From Candidatus Bathyarchaeota archaeon (lineage in GTDB: Archaea; Thermoproteota; Bathyarchaeia; Bathyarchaeales; Bathyarchaeaceae), in assembly GCA_963697165.1 (NCBI GenBank), contig CAVOMX010000016.1, positions 1-57,240 of the forward strand: 57,240 bases of DNA, in the 5' to 3' direction. The notes below the pieces were generated by a model. That model was given only the letters and a program-made list of their open reading frames with translations. It made no database searches and was not told the origin of the DNA. Numbering within the stretch: position 1 is the stretch's first letter; every line of letters begins with the position of its first letter. Made by a program: the position numbers and the translations under genes. Of the stretch, positions 1 through 10,035 are shown one piece after another.

Positions 1-2
1 GG

Positions 3-227
3 GATGCAGCGTTACAATTGGCGAAGTATGTTGACTTTGTGAAGACTGTAGCTAATAGAGAGCTTAGGGGAATTCTTGTGGCTCCTCGTTTAGCCAAAGG
101 TGTACAGAAGCTCTTGGACGGTTTGGGACTGGAATTCAAAGCTTTGGAACCCAAGAAGTGTGCAGATATTTTGCGGATGTCAGAAACCCGAAAGCTTGCG
201 GATTTTTTTGAGAAGAAACAGCCTTAA
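3..227 (+). CDS. nucS: Endonuclease NucS/EndoMS, C-terminal part (5' end outside window)
   Basis: DAALQLAKYV...ELRGILVAP...GLEFKAL matches the NucS C-terminal QLxRY/RGILVAP motifs; frame open from the window edge. Confidence 0.75.
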   Translation, partial: DAALQLAKYVDFVKTVANRELRGILVAPRLAKGVQKLLDGLGLEFKALEPKKCADILRMSETRKLADFFEKKQP

Positions 228-242
228 TGCTGCATGTTTTTG

Positions 243-566
243 TTATCTTACGTAGTATGGCTTTTCCTCTTTTTTCAGCTTATTCATGATGTTGATTAAC
301 GTATAGTCAAAGTCTTTACCCCATAGGAGCCATCGCAGGCCGTGGTAGAAACGTAAAAACTCCAGTCCTTTGTTTGTAGTTCGGTAAAAGTTCTCGGTCT
401 CTTTCTCTACGTTTACAAGCTTCAGAATCATCATGACTGGAATGTATTTTTCGAAGCTGCTGCGATCTAGGTCACATCCGGTTATTAGCTCTGCTTCTTT
501 TGAGCCCAATGCAGCTACCCGTAAGATGTCGGCGACAACATCAAACTCTTTTTTCTCCTCTGTCAT
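243..566 (-). CDS. Small winged-helix DNA-binding protein
   Basis: DVVADILR...CDLD...YRTTNKGLEFL wHTH pattern; paralog of 727..1071. Confidence 0.7.
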   Translation of the reverse strand: MTEEKKEFDVVADILRVAALGSKEAELITGCDLDRSSFEKYIPVMMILKLVNVEKETENFYRTTNKGLEFLRFYHGLRWLLWGKDFDYTLINIMNKLKKEEKPYYVR

Positions 567-726
567 AAACGTATCCCCAAGGCATCATACAGATTTGTCT
601 TCAAGCAACATTAACGTTTGTTTCAAAAGTGGTAATATGTCAAGCTGATAGCAGACGTCTCTAGTAATTGAAGTCAGTCTTTGTTTCCTCGTTTGGTTGA
701 GCGCCAAAAGAAAATGATGCATGTTT

Positions 727-1071
727 TTAACTCACATAAAAAGGAGATTGTTCCTTCCCTTTCATCTTTTCCAGAAGACCCATCAGCATGAAGTCGTTGT
801 CCTTGCCAAATAGAAGCCATCTGAGCCGATGATAAGTATTTAGGAATTCTAATCCCTTTTTGGTTGTTTGATATTGTCCTTCATTTTCATCGTTTATCGT
901 GAGCATGCTTAATTCTGCCAATGCTGATAGATAATTTTCTATTGACATAGAATCCAATTTACATCGGTCCATGATTTCTCCTTCGTTAGAGCCTTTGGCT
1001 GCTGTTCGCAAGATCTCTGCTACAACTTTGACTTCATTTTTTTTCTTCGTATTTATACACCGCCAGAGCAA
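727..1071 (-). CDS. Small winged-helix DNA-binding protein (tandem paralog; start uncertain)
   Basis: VVAEILR...CKLD...YQTTKKGLEFL; shares YHxLRWLLxGKD tail with neighbour. Confidence 0.7.
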   Translation of the reverse strand: MLWRCINTKKKNEVKVVAEILRTAAKGSNEGEIMDRCKLDSMSIENYLSALAELSMLTINDENEGQYQTTKKGLEFLNTYHRLRWLLFGKDNDFMLMGLLEKMKGKEQSPFYVS

Positions 1072-1495
1072 GATTGTTTATTTAACTGATGTTTGCTGTG
1101 GGAGCATTTTAATGCTTATTTCAATACTGTCAATAGGTAACTAACAGATAGTAAAATATTCTAGTATAAACTCCACCCCGAAATAACATACTATCATGGA
1201 AAAAGAGTGAAAACAGCAACACCCCTTCTTTACCTTCTCAAAGCGAAGGGTTGACTAAACGAAGAAAAGCTAGTCTATGATGCACTGGCTAGGCATGCAG
1301 TAGCAGCTTTGCTCATTTATTGTGTAATTAAACAAAAACAAATCTTCTATGAGGTATCACAAAACGGAATCGAAAACTTCAAAGAAATAAGTAATCTGTT
1401 ATAATTTCTGTCCAGAGCAAAAGAACCTAGAGCATACGGAACTAAAAACTATGTTTATCTCTTCAAAATTAAAACAAGTTGGGTTTTTTCTTTTT

Positions 1496-1729
1496 TTATT
1501 CTAACTCAAGTCTTCCGTGTGAGGTAATAGTCACGTGATAAAATTTGAAAGGATTAGTTCCCAACGTTTTCCTTGTTTTTACTCGATCTCTTGTCTCAAG
1601 AATTTCAACAGCATCATTGATGTCCGCTGGATCAAGACCTGATACTCCCTGCAATTCTTTCCCTGAAATCCAAGCATCCCCCATTGCGTTTCTTTTGACT
1701 TTTGAAAGAGCTACAAGAATTATTTGCAT
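1496..1729 (-). CDS. Small wHTH-like hypothetical protein, possibly a fragment
   Basis: ELQGVSGLDPADINDAVEILE...ITSHGRL resembles HTH plus wing. Confidence 0.45.
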   Translation of the reverse strand: MQIILVALSKVKRNAMGDAWISGKELQGVSGLDPADINDAVEILETRDRVKTRKTLGTNPFKFYHVTITSHGRLELE

Positions 1730-1904
1730 ATTTTTTTAATTGATATTTTCCCCACTTCCCTGAAAAAAAGTAAAACAATTTCAATACGATGTTACCGTTC
1801 TAATTGGTAATATAAGTTTCTGTACGATTTGTTCACCTCTAAATTTCTTAGATCTAAAATTCAGCAACTGGTAAAATCAAAAAGAATATGCTAGTTGCAG
1901 ATGC

Positions 1905-2714
1905 TTAGAATAGAAGATCGACTTTTAGATGAGTCAAGTAACCCAAAATCGCATAGAGTGGTACACAAAAAGCCTCTATTAATCCCCCAATCGAAATCGG
2001 AAAAGCTGACAAAATATGAAAACCTGTCACAAAAAGAAAGCTTCCATAGATTGCTAGAGACTTGAAATTATGAAATGTCTCAGTTGTCCTCCAGTTTACC
2101 TTTATCCCACAGAACAAGAAAATAATAAACAATGGAGCAAACGCTAGGAGTGCATATGTTTTATACCACGATAAATTCTCATGGAATGTATCTCTTTCGT
2201 CTCGGCAAATCCTTCTTCGAAAAATAGCGGGCAAATCTGGCACGAAATTACTGTATAAAAACAACATAATGCCAACCAACATAGTGTCGAAAGCGTTTTG
2301 CCCAAAAAAACAGAACTCTACAAAAACATACAGAATGCTTAAGGGAAAAACAATCCATTTGAAAACTTTGGTCAATAGATGCACATGCTCAAAAGTCTCA
2401 TTTTTCATAAACCTATAACCAATTTTTGCCCTAACTTTTCGATTAACTCTTGTGAAATAGCCAAACACTAACCCATAAAGGTCTTCATATAGAGATCGAG
2501 ACGCAGAACGAGAAAACCTTTTCATTCCTGGATAAGTTAACTTTCGCCTAAAAAATGGATAAGCCTTTTTTCGTAGAGCATAATCAAGAAAAGGTATCCA
2601 TACAAAAAACAACACAATAAGAGTAATGTTAGTGTATTTTCCACCACCCCAAACATGATACGGCAGCGGATTTCCTACTTCTTGGGCACCAACCAATTCA
2701 CAATATTTTTTCAT
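1905..2714 (-). CDS. Membrane protein with YdjM-like metal-dependent hydrolase motifs; true start probably near 2526 (MKRFSRS)
   Basis: Several TM helices; PDL, FHN and YLTHLKVD putative metal-binding motifs. The N-terminal part may belong to a separate frameshifted ORF starting near 2806. Confidence 0.5.
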   Translation of the reverse strand: MKKYCELVGAQEVGNPLPYHVWGGGKYTNITLIVLFFVWIPFLDYALRKKAYPFFRRKLTYPGMKRFSRSASRSLYEDLYGLVFGYFTRVNRKVRAKIGYRFMKNETFEHVHLLTKVFKWIVFPLSILYVFVEFCFFGQNAFDTMLVGIMLFLYSNFVPDLPAIFRRRICRDERDTFHENLSWYKTYALLAFAPLFIIFLFCGIKVNWRTTETFHNFKSLAIYGSFLFVTGFHILSAFPISIGGLIEAFCVPLYAILGYLTHLKVDLLF

Positions 2715-3437
2715 ATTCTTGGAGTGAAGAATAAATGGTACTAATCCAAATCCCTGTCCCTCCTATAAGGAGCACAAAACCAAGAAAAATCAGAAGATTT
2801 TTCATCACTATTATCTTCTATCTGCTTTGGAGTTTATACTGAAATTGACTTTTAGCTTTTGGCGTTGATTTGAAACCATTTAACCCGGATGTTTTTGCAT
2901 CTTTTTTCAGTTTGAATATACTCATTTGGAGTTAAGTATAAATTATCTGTATGCGCGCGCCGAAACTTACCCGTAACCCCAAACCTATCCCTAACTTTCA
3001 TCTCTCACTGATTTCTCGTCTGGGGTAGCAAAAGCTGAGACGAAGCGAAAGGGGAGTAAACTAACCCCATAATGTCGTCAGTTGGCGGAGAGGTCTCCGC
3101 CGAAAAAATCTTGAGCGAGCTTCGAGGCTACCATCGTTGGTTGGTTAAATTTTACCCCATCTCTGTTTCTGTGTACTACACATTGATTTCTTAAAAGAGC
3201 CTGTTTATTTGGTCTGATCAAATGCATTAATAATTACTTTATAGAATTATTTATTTTTGTTAATGTTGATTTTCAATAATTATTTCTGCTACCCTCTTTC
3301 TGGATATTGCTGCTGGTCACATTAACCCTTTTATATGAAATATTCTACATTAAATAATATGATATGTCATAATATAGACCTATTGTATAGTTGTAAAACA
3401 AAACAACAATAAGAATAGACCCAAAGAGGAATAAGAA

Positions 3438-3830
3438 TTGAACTCACAGGAAATAAAAAAAATTGGCAAACAACTTACTAAAGGCGTTCTAGACCTAGTT
3501 GTTCTTGGTTTTTTGAGATCAGAACCTATGCATGGCTATAAAATTATTACAAGCATACGTAGAAACTTTGGAATATATTTCGGTCCCAGTACAATCTACC
3601 CTTTTCTTAACGATCTGGAAGAGAAAGGTTATATTAAAAGCCAATGGGATCTAAAGAGTGATCGCCCCAGAAAAGTCTACTCCCTGACTCCTGACGGTAA
3701 CAACATCTTAACAGGAAGCGAACAGTCCTTTAACACCATATGTTTACAACTGAACCGAATAGGAATAAACAGATTTTCTAGTATTGACAACCGAAATAAC
3801 GTCAATATCAATCATGTTGGTTTGCAATAG
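3438..3830 (+). CDS. PadR family transcriptional regulator
   Basis: LDLVVLGFL..PMHGYKII...GPSTIYPFLNDLEEKGYI...RKVYSLTPDG. Confidence 0.9.
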   Translation: MNSQEIKKIGKQLTKGVLDLVVLGFLRSEPMHGYKIITSIRRNFGIYFGPSTIYPFLNDLEEKGYIKSQWDLKSDRPRKVYSLTPDGNNILTGSEQSFNTICLQLNRIGINRFSSIDNRNNVNINHVGLQ

Positions 3831-4035
3831 ATGTCTTCAAACAGACTTTCGCGAACAGAATTTAAACTGCTAATTCAAGCTTTGTTCGCTAATGAAAAAC
3901 TTGAAGTAAAATATCAAAACCCCACCGCATGGAGAGGATATTAAAGATTATTAATAGAAGAGTTATTCTCAAGTTTGTTAGCCGAGTGGGTTTTGAAGTT
4001 AAATGTAACCCCAAAACTACACAAATTTTTTCTTC

Positions 4036-4737
4036 TTATTGCTTGCGAATCTTAAAGTAAACCAGCAGACCAATACCCAATGCGGCAACTGCTGTCACTG
4101 TGGCGACAATTCCTAAAATGACTGCTAACTGTTCCATTTGATAAGATTCATCGTTGGTTGTTTTATCGCCAGATGTTGTTGGCTCGTCGGGTGTTGTAGG
4201 GTCACTCGCCTCAATAGTTACTGTTCGTGTATCATTCCAACCGCTTGTTTCACCAGTAAAAACCCAAGGCGCCATAGCTCCGTCAACAACTCGATGGGTA
4301 AAACCTATCATTGCCTCCACTTGGAATTTTAGAGTATTAGTATCGATTCTCCATAAGTACACTCCAAGGTTACTGTCAGCCTTTTCTCGTATATTGTATG
4401 AGATTGTCGTGTTTTGTGAACCTGACTGAACCGGATATCCATCTGAATAACGGTAAAGCTCCTTTCCATTTAAACGAACGTTATAGTAGAAAACAATATT
4501 CCAGCCATTATCATCATAATAGGAGACAAAGGGTTGATTATTAATTGTCAGGCTTACTCTCCTACCGTCAACATCCACCGTAAATTCTGGGACAGATGGT
4601 TTGGGTATACCACCATCATTTGAAGCTTGAACTATTCCAAAACACATAATACATGCTAAAATTAATCCTCCAAGAATTGTGGCTGTACAGAATACACAAA
4701 AGAGTGACTTCTTTTTCACAGGAATCCAAATATACAT
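4036..4737 (-). CDS. Secreted, C-terminally membrane-anchored surface protein
   Basis: N-terminal hydrophobic signal, IPKPSVPEFTV motif, Pro/Thr linker, C-terminal TM helix with YFKIRK. Confidence 0.7.
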   Translation of the reverse strand: MYIWIPVKKKSLFCVFCTATILGGLILACIMCFGIVQASNDGGIPKPSVPEFTVDVDGRRVSLTINNQPFVSYYDDNGWNIVFYYNVRLNGKELYRYSDGYPVQSGSQNTTISYNIREKADSNLGVYLWRIDTNTLKFQVEAMIGFTHRVVDGAMAPWVFTGETSGWNDTRTVTIEASDPTTPDEPTTSGDKTTNDESYQMEQLAVILGIVATVTAVAALGIGLLVYFKIRKQ

Positions 4738-4783
4738 TACATTGAATTCGCATTTAGCGTTTATTCTTGAAACGTATTAAGCT

Positions 4784-4913
4784 AAATTTTAATCTCAAAC
4801 CCAAACTTATTCGTACACGTGTCTACGTATTTTTTCTCCCTTGTTCTTGCTCCCATTCTAATTCTCATTCTCTCACTTACTCCTCCTAACGTGTGAAACC
4901 CGCACGCACGCAC
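4784..4913. repeat. ~130-bp dispersed repeat, copy A
   Basis: aaattttaa..caa.cccaaac...tacgtatttt.tctccc...ccattct...cgcacgcac order is shared with 9616..9753. Confidence 0.6.
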
Positions 4914-5226
4914 AAAAAAAATTTATTATATTGAAAAAAGTTTTTTAGGATTTAAAAGGCATCAAGAAATATGGATAGCTTTCTCTGGAATATTTAGGAG
5001 AGGTAGTTTTTAGTCTACTCCAATAATCGTGCTTCTGCGTTAAACTGTACATTGTCGTACTGGACTTCTGCAGTGAGGCAGTTTTCTGATTTTACTATAC
5101 CAACATCAACACGATTGATTGTGAAGTAAATTACTGGGTTAAAACCATGCGGATGAAGATTTTCCAAATGTGCTCCATTTGAACTTATACTTGTGTAACA
5201 ATCGAAAGCTCCCCAACTATAATCAA

Positions 5227-5401
5227 ATGGTGACCACTCAACACTGTAGAATTGTATGAAGAAATCTATGGCGACCTAAAACCTGAAAATTACGTTTGCG
5301 AAACAGCATCAACTGCTAAAGAGGCAAAGATACTCATTGAACAAGGATTCCATTACGTATTCGAAATTGACGGAGAAAAACTATTCAAAAAACCAAAGTA
5401 A
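5227..5401 (+). pseudogene. Tyrosine recombinase/integrase C-terminal remnant
   Basis: MVTTQH(fs)VELYEEIYGDLKPENYVCETASTAKEAKILIEQGFHYVFEIDGEKLFKKPK*; homologous to the remnant ending at 12995. Confidence 0.7.
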
Positions 5402-5412
5402 TCATTTATTTT

Positions 5413-6795
5413 CTAATAATCTGTGATTCTTCTTTGAAACAGGGCATTCTTTAACAGCATACTTTTTTCTATCCACTGCCTCAACGGAATCTGAAACTGG
5501 CTGCCAATACGGGCTAAAGCCTCCTCCATTGTATTGTATTTTAGAGGCTTCTGCCGTAGGGCATTCCTCACGTTCTCTCTCACCTGCCAAACTCCCACTG
5601 GCATGATGTATCCGGGGTGGGCTTCCCTCAAAACAGCAACCGACGCCTGTTTTCGTTCCTTCATAAGCAATTCTCCTACCGCTAAACGAGCAGCATAATA
5701 GCAGCCTCCAATGCTGGCGTAGGTGTTACGACCATCAAAATCTTCCCAGTCTGAAAACAGGACTACATTTCTGCTATTTGTATTCCAAATTGTTCCCGGA
5801 TACCAAGCCTCCATGGCTTCATAGCTCCAAACCTGTGGTATCATCAATATCTCAAATTTGTTGTCTAGGTAGCAGGACTCGTAGATTCGATATTCGTTGA
5901 TTTCAGGAAACCTTTTAATGTTTTTCATCATCTCTTTTGAGATAATGCTGTCCACAGCGGTTATGCTCCAGCGGGTGGGAACTAAACGTCTTTGCTCCTT
6001 CATCCCAAAGGCGCCGACGCTAAAGGCACGTTGAATCTTCGTAACAAGCGTTCCCTTCTGGAATAAAGTTGTAACTGCTTCTGAGGCATTCAGGTCATCG
6101 TCGAAGTAAACTTTCTGGATGTGGTGATCCCAACGAGAGTTTGTGATTCGCATCTTGTTAAGCGGGGCTGAGGGTCCAAAGGGCTGAATTTGGTCATCAA
6201 GAACAAGGGCTGCGGCGGGCTTCTTTTTGAGGGACAACTCAACATCAACGGGTTTAACTGACAATGCTAAATCGATGGTTTGATCCATAATTTTTCCTGA
6301 ATCCTCAAACTTTTTCACGTGAACTCTATGTTTTCCTCTTACGAGCAATGAGCGGAAACCCACTATTTCATCGATGGATTTTCCAAACCATGATTCTGGC
6401 TGGTCATAAGTGCTTGTGTCTTCATGGATGGGCGGAACAAGAGGTCCTGCATAAACGTGAGGGTAGCCGATTCGACCCACAAAGACTCCGGGTGGGCAAG
6501 CTCCATCCAAGTCAGTGCCCTGTACCAGTGACGATGATTTGAAGTAAGAGCTGAATCTAACAACAAGAGGGCATCTGGTTTTGCCGCAGAGAAACTTGCC
6601 GCCTTTACATGCTACACATAGGCTATTTCCTCGCGTCTTAGTCACTAACTGGTGTTTGCTGTAGTTCAGGTCTGCGGCGAGACTGGGGTCATCTAGAAGC
6701 TGGAGAACCCATGGGTTATCCTGCAGAGATGTCTTAGATTTTCTCACTTGCTCTATGACTTTGCCGTTTCTTTTTCCTCCAGTTAGTCTCCTCAT
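5413..6795 (-). CDS. nreA: Nre family DNA repair protein
   Basis: CVACKGGKFLCGKTRCP Zn motif, VFVGRIGYP, LVPTRWSITAVD, C-terminal PIP-box-like QRRITDY. Confidence 0.92.
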   Translation of the reverse strand: MRRLTGGKRNGKVIEQVRKSKTSLQDNPWVLQLLDDPSLAADLNYSKHQLVTKTRGNSLCVACKGGKFLCGKTRCPLVVRFSSYFKSSSLVQGTDLDGACPPGVFVGRIGYPHVYAGPLVPPIHEDTSTYDQPESWFGKSIDEIVGFRSLLVRGKHRVHVKKFEDSGKIMDQTIDLALSVKPVDVELSLKKKPAAALVLDDQIQPFGPSAPLNKMRITNSRWDHHIQKVYFDDDLNASEAVTTLFQKGTLVTKIQRAFSVGAFGMKEQRRLVPTRWSITAVDSIISKEMMKNIKRFPEINEYRIYESCYLDNKFEILMIPQVWSYEAMEAWYPGTIWNTNSRNVVLFSDWEDFDGRNTYASIGGCYYAARLAVGELLMKERKQASVAVLREAHPGYIMPVGVWQVRENVRNALRQKPLKYNTMEEALARIGSQFQIPLRQWIEKSMLLKNALFQRRITDY

Positions 6796-6919
6796 CTTTA
6801 CTCCGCCGCAAGATCAGGCAGTAAATCTGTTAACGAAGTTAGATAGATTTTCCTATTTTCTAGACACGGTTTGGCGATTTTCCAAAAGTCTTAAAACCCT
6901 TGGTTATCGAGTTTGGTTT

Positions 6920-8344
6920 ATGTCTAACAGAACTTTGAAGCTAGTAGCGTTAGTAGCTGTTTTCGCTGTCATATTCTCTGCTTTTAACACCTATTTGATA
7001 CTTGACAGTATTCGTGCTCAAGAACAACTCATTGCACAAGAGGAACGTATTAACGAACTAGAAGCTTCTCTTGAGCAGTTCAGTACCCCGAGCGAACAGA
7101 TTGAGGAACTACAAGGTGCTCTTGATGTAGGAGAAGAACGGCTTAATGATCTGCAAACTGCCCTAGACAATGTTGTCGTTCAGGCTGGACAGATTGATGC
7201 TCAGGAAGAACAGATTAGTGAACTACAAACCGCCTTAGACCAAGCAAAAAATAACATTGAAGAAGCCACATTAGCCCTGTCAAATCTGACAGATCAAATA
7301 GGCGCCCTCAATCAAAGCACATCTACAAGCTTGGCTGACATCACAACCACCGTTGAAACCATCGAAGGACTCGTATCCGAAATTTCGGGTCTGGAAGAAC
7401 TTGTTGACCAATTGCTCAGACTGACACCAGCTGAAGTATACGCGGCTACATACAGATCAGTTGTGGTAATCAGAACTCCCATCGGACAGGGTTCAGGATT
7501 CATGTTCAATACTTCAAACATAATAGTCACTAATTATCATGTAGTTGCAGATGAAATAGACATTGAAATTGAGTTCTTCGACAGAACCAGAACACAGGCA
7601 ACTTTGATAGGCTCTGACGCTTACTCAGACGTTGCAGTTTTAGCAGTATCTACCGCTCCAGCTGAGGCTGAGCCCTTGACTCTAAGTGACCAATCTGTAA
7701 ACATCGGACAGCAGGTTATAGCAATAGGTAACCCTCTTGGTCTTACAGAGAGCCTTTCAGTCGGATTCGTAAGTCAGGTCAACAGGCTCCTTGACCTTGA
7801 ACCTATAATCGTGCCTGTGCTACAGTTGGACTTGACTATTGCCCCTGGCAGCTCAGGTGGACCTTTATTTGATCTTTATGGAAACGTTGTCGGAATAACA
7901 AATGCGGGTACAGAAGTAGGTTTCAATTTTGCGGTTCCAATGAACATCTTGAAGCGAGTGATTCCCTCCATTATAAGTGAAGGTGGTTACAAGCATCCAT
8001 TTGTAGGTGTTTCTTTGCTGGTGTTGACTCCTGAGGTTATAAGTTCACTGAATATTCTAAATGTTGACCTTTACCAAACTGGGCTTCTAGTAATGGATGT
8101 GTTTCAAAATTATCCAGCGGATCAGGCTGGATTAAACCCTGCTATAAACGGGACTCAAAGTTACACTGCCGTGGATATTATTTTAGCTGTTGATGGACAT
8201 CCTGCTTTTTCTCTTGAAGATTGGGTTGCATACATGGAAGTGGAAGTATCGCCTAATCAAGTTGTCACTTTGATTCTTTGGCGGTCTGGGGTAACTGCTT
8301 CAATCACTCTTACTTCTACGGAACGACCGCCATACGAAGGCTAG
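6920..8344 (+). CDS. HtrA/DegP-like trypsin serine protease with TM anchor, long coiled coil and PDZ-like C-terminus
   Basis: GSGF, VTNYHVV, SDVAVL and PGSSGGPL triad motifs; start set at MSNRTLK to avoid overlap with nreA. Confidence 0.88.
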   Translation: MSNRTLKLVALVAVFAVIFSAFNTYLILDSIRAQEQLIAQEERINELEASLEQFSTPSEQIEELQGALDVGEERLNDLQTALDNVVVQAGQIDAQEEQISELQTALDQAKNNIEEATLALSNLTDQIGALNQSTSTSLADITTTVETIEGLVSEISGLEELVDQLLRLTPAEVYAATYRSVVVIRTPIGQGSGFMFNTSNIIVTNYHVVADEIDIEIEFFDRTRTQATLIGSDAYSDVAVLAVSTAPAEAEPLTLSDQSVNIGQQVIAIGNPLGLTESLSVGFVSQVNRLLDLEPIIVPVLQLDLTIAPGSSGGPLFDLYGNVVGITNAGTEVGFNFAVPMNILKRVIPSIISEGGYKHPFVGVSLLVLTPEVISSLNILNVDLYQTGLLVMDVFQNYPADQAGLNPAINGTQSYTAVDIILAVDGHPAFSLEDWVAYMEVEVSPNQVVTLILWRSGVTASITLTSTERPPYEG

Positions 8345-8734
8345 TTAATTTTGTTTCTTTATGCTTTGCATTTCAGACTTGACAAAATGGTTCGTTCTAA
8401 ACTTGAACCAAAATCTAGATGTAAAAATGGGAAACATTAATTTCCGTTAGTAGTGGCGATGTCACTACATCTCTCGTCCTTCCCTTTTTTTGGGAGTAAG
8501 TGAGTGTAGGAATAAGGGTCTGAAAAGGAGATAAATGCGGGAAAAAAGACTGGTTAAAAAAATGAATATGGCAGTCTAGAATTTCCATGTTTTCTCTCTC
8601 GTAATTTCCCGTGTTTAAGCCTCAGAAAACCCTTCTTCCTATATTATTTTTCTTTATCGTGTTCGTCTAGACAAAATTTGTCCAGAATATTCCCGCCAGT
8701 TATTCGTCAAATAGCACAGAAACAGCAGACGTTA

Positions 8735-8765
8735 CAGCTTTAGAAGAAAAATATAGAAACTTGCT
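8735..8765 (+). pseudogene. Very short integrase-derived fragment
   Basis: 30/31 nt identical to 12651..12681 inside the integrase remnant. Confidence 0.55.
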
Positions 8766-8873
8766 ACACTCCATACTCTACATTAATATCTCTTATTAGT
8801 CATTTAACATATTTTATACGCCAAAGAAACTTAACAAAAAACCTTTTATCGTTAACCGGAGAATGGTCGAACT

Positions 8874-9593
8874 ATGAGTGATGAAAAGAGCTATTCAATA
8901 TTGATGATTTTGGTGACGCTTTCAATAGTTGGTGGTTTACTTTCCATTGCCTTTTGGGATGCTGCACCGGATATGCGTAATACCTTAGTTGTTGATTACA
9001 ACGAAGCCATCATAGCTGCAGCAGTAGTTGCCATTCTAAATGTAGTAGCGTTAATTAGTCTAAAAATGAAGATGAAATGGGGACCACTATTAGTTATTGC
9101 AATTGTAGTACCTAACAGAATCTTGGGTTTCTTCCATTTTGAGGTAGCAGCTGGACAAGTTCCTTTTATCGCTTGGTCAGCGATTATTATTATCTTTGCA
9201 CTGCTAGAATACAAACAAAAAACCAGGACTATTACGCACCATAAACTGTTAATGATTATAGTATCTTTAGCAATAATCGGTGAAGTTGCTTCAATAATTC
9301 TATGGACTGCTAACCCATCTATCGGAAGCACAAACGCGGCACGTTTTACTCTAGCAGTTGATTATACAATCGCAGTTTTGAACGCAGCTGTTATGGTTGC
9401 ACTAAATCTTATGGCGCTGTTCTTGATCAGAAAAAGAAACAAATGGGGACCACTCTTCTTGATTGCTATTTCAATAGGTAACAGAGTCGCATCACACCCT
9501 ATTTTCATAGGTGGCACACATGGAGTATTCATAACTTGGACCGCAATATTGGTAATCTTCTCTTACTTAGAATATAGACAACTGAGCAACTGA
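8874..9593 (+). CDS. Membrane protein built from two tandem ~115-aa repeats
   Basis: Both halves carry TLxVDY, LNxxAL, KWGPL, NR and LEY(K/R)Q. Confidence 0.75.
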   Translation: MSDEKSYSILMILVTLSIVGGLLSIAFWDAAPDMRNTLVVDYNEAIIAAAVVAILNVVALISLKMKMKWGPLLVIAIVVPNRILGFFHFEVAAGQVPFIAWSAIIIIFALLEYKQKTRTITHHKLLMIIVSLAIIGEVASIILWTANPSIGSTNAARFTLAVDYTIAVLNAAVMVALNLMALFLIRKRNKWGPLFLIAISIGNRVASHPIFIGGTHGVFITWTAILVIFSYLEYRQLSN

Positions 9594-9615
9594 TTTGGCT
9601 TAGGGAAAAAGGGTC

Positions 9616-9753
9616 AAATTTTAACCCCAATCCCAAACGTGCTCCTGTTCACGTTTACGTATTTTCTCCCTGACTTTTTCTTGTTCTCCCCCATTCTCTC
9701 TAACTACCCTCACATGCAAACACCACACACACGCGCGCACACACGCGCACGCA
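9616..9753. repeat. ~130-bp dispersed repeat, copy B
   Basis: Colinear similarity to 4784..4913; ends in a (cac/cgc)n tract. Confidence 0.6.
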
Positions 9754-9819
9754 TTGCAATATTTCTGATTTGCTTTTGGGGTAAAATATTATGAACCCTA
9801 AAAGTAATTATTCTTAAAT

Positions 9820-9996
9820 ATGAAAATGAAGGCGATTGGATGGACAGAATACGGGCCTCCGGATTTTCTTCAGCTAAAAGAGGTAGAAAAACCTACTCCC
9901 GAGGACAATCAATTACTGATAAGGATATTTGCGACAACAGTAACCGCAGGGGATTGTGAACGGCGAAGTCTCAAATTGCCCTTCTGGCACGCATGA
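9820..9996 (+). pseudogene. N-terminal fragment of an MDR-family NAD(P)-dependent alcohol dehydrogenase/quinone oxidoreductase
   Basis: [44 protein letters not shown], then stop at 58 aa with no continuation. Confidence 0.75.
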
Positions 9997-10035
9997 CTTT
10001 CAAACAAACAGTTCCAGCTACAAAACTAAGGTCCA

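Noticed and set aside
6755..6919. 55-aa N-terminal extension of the protease given in the ORF track
   Set aside because: Overlaps the divergent nreA start and promoter region; MSNRTLK gives a normal signal anchor
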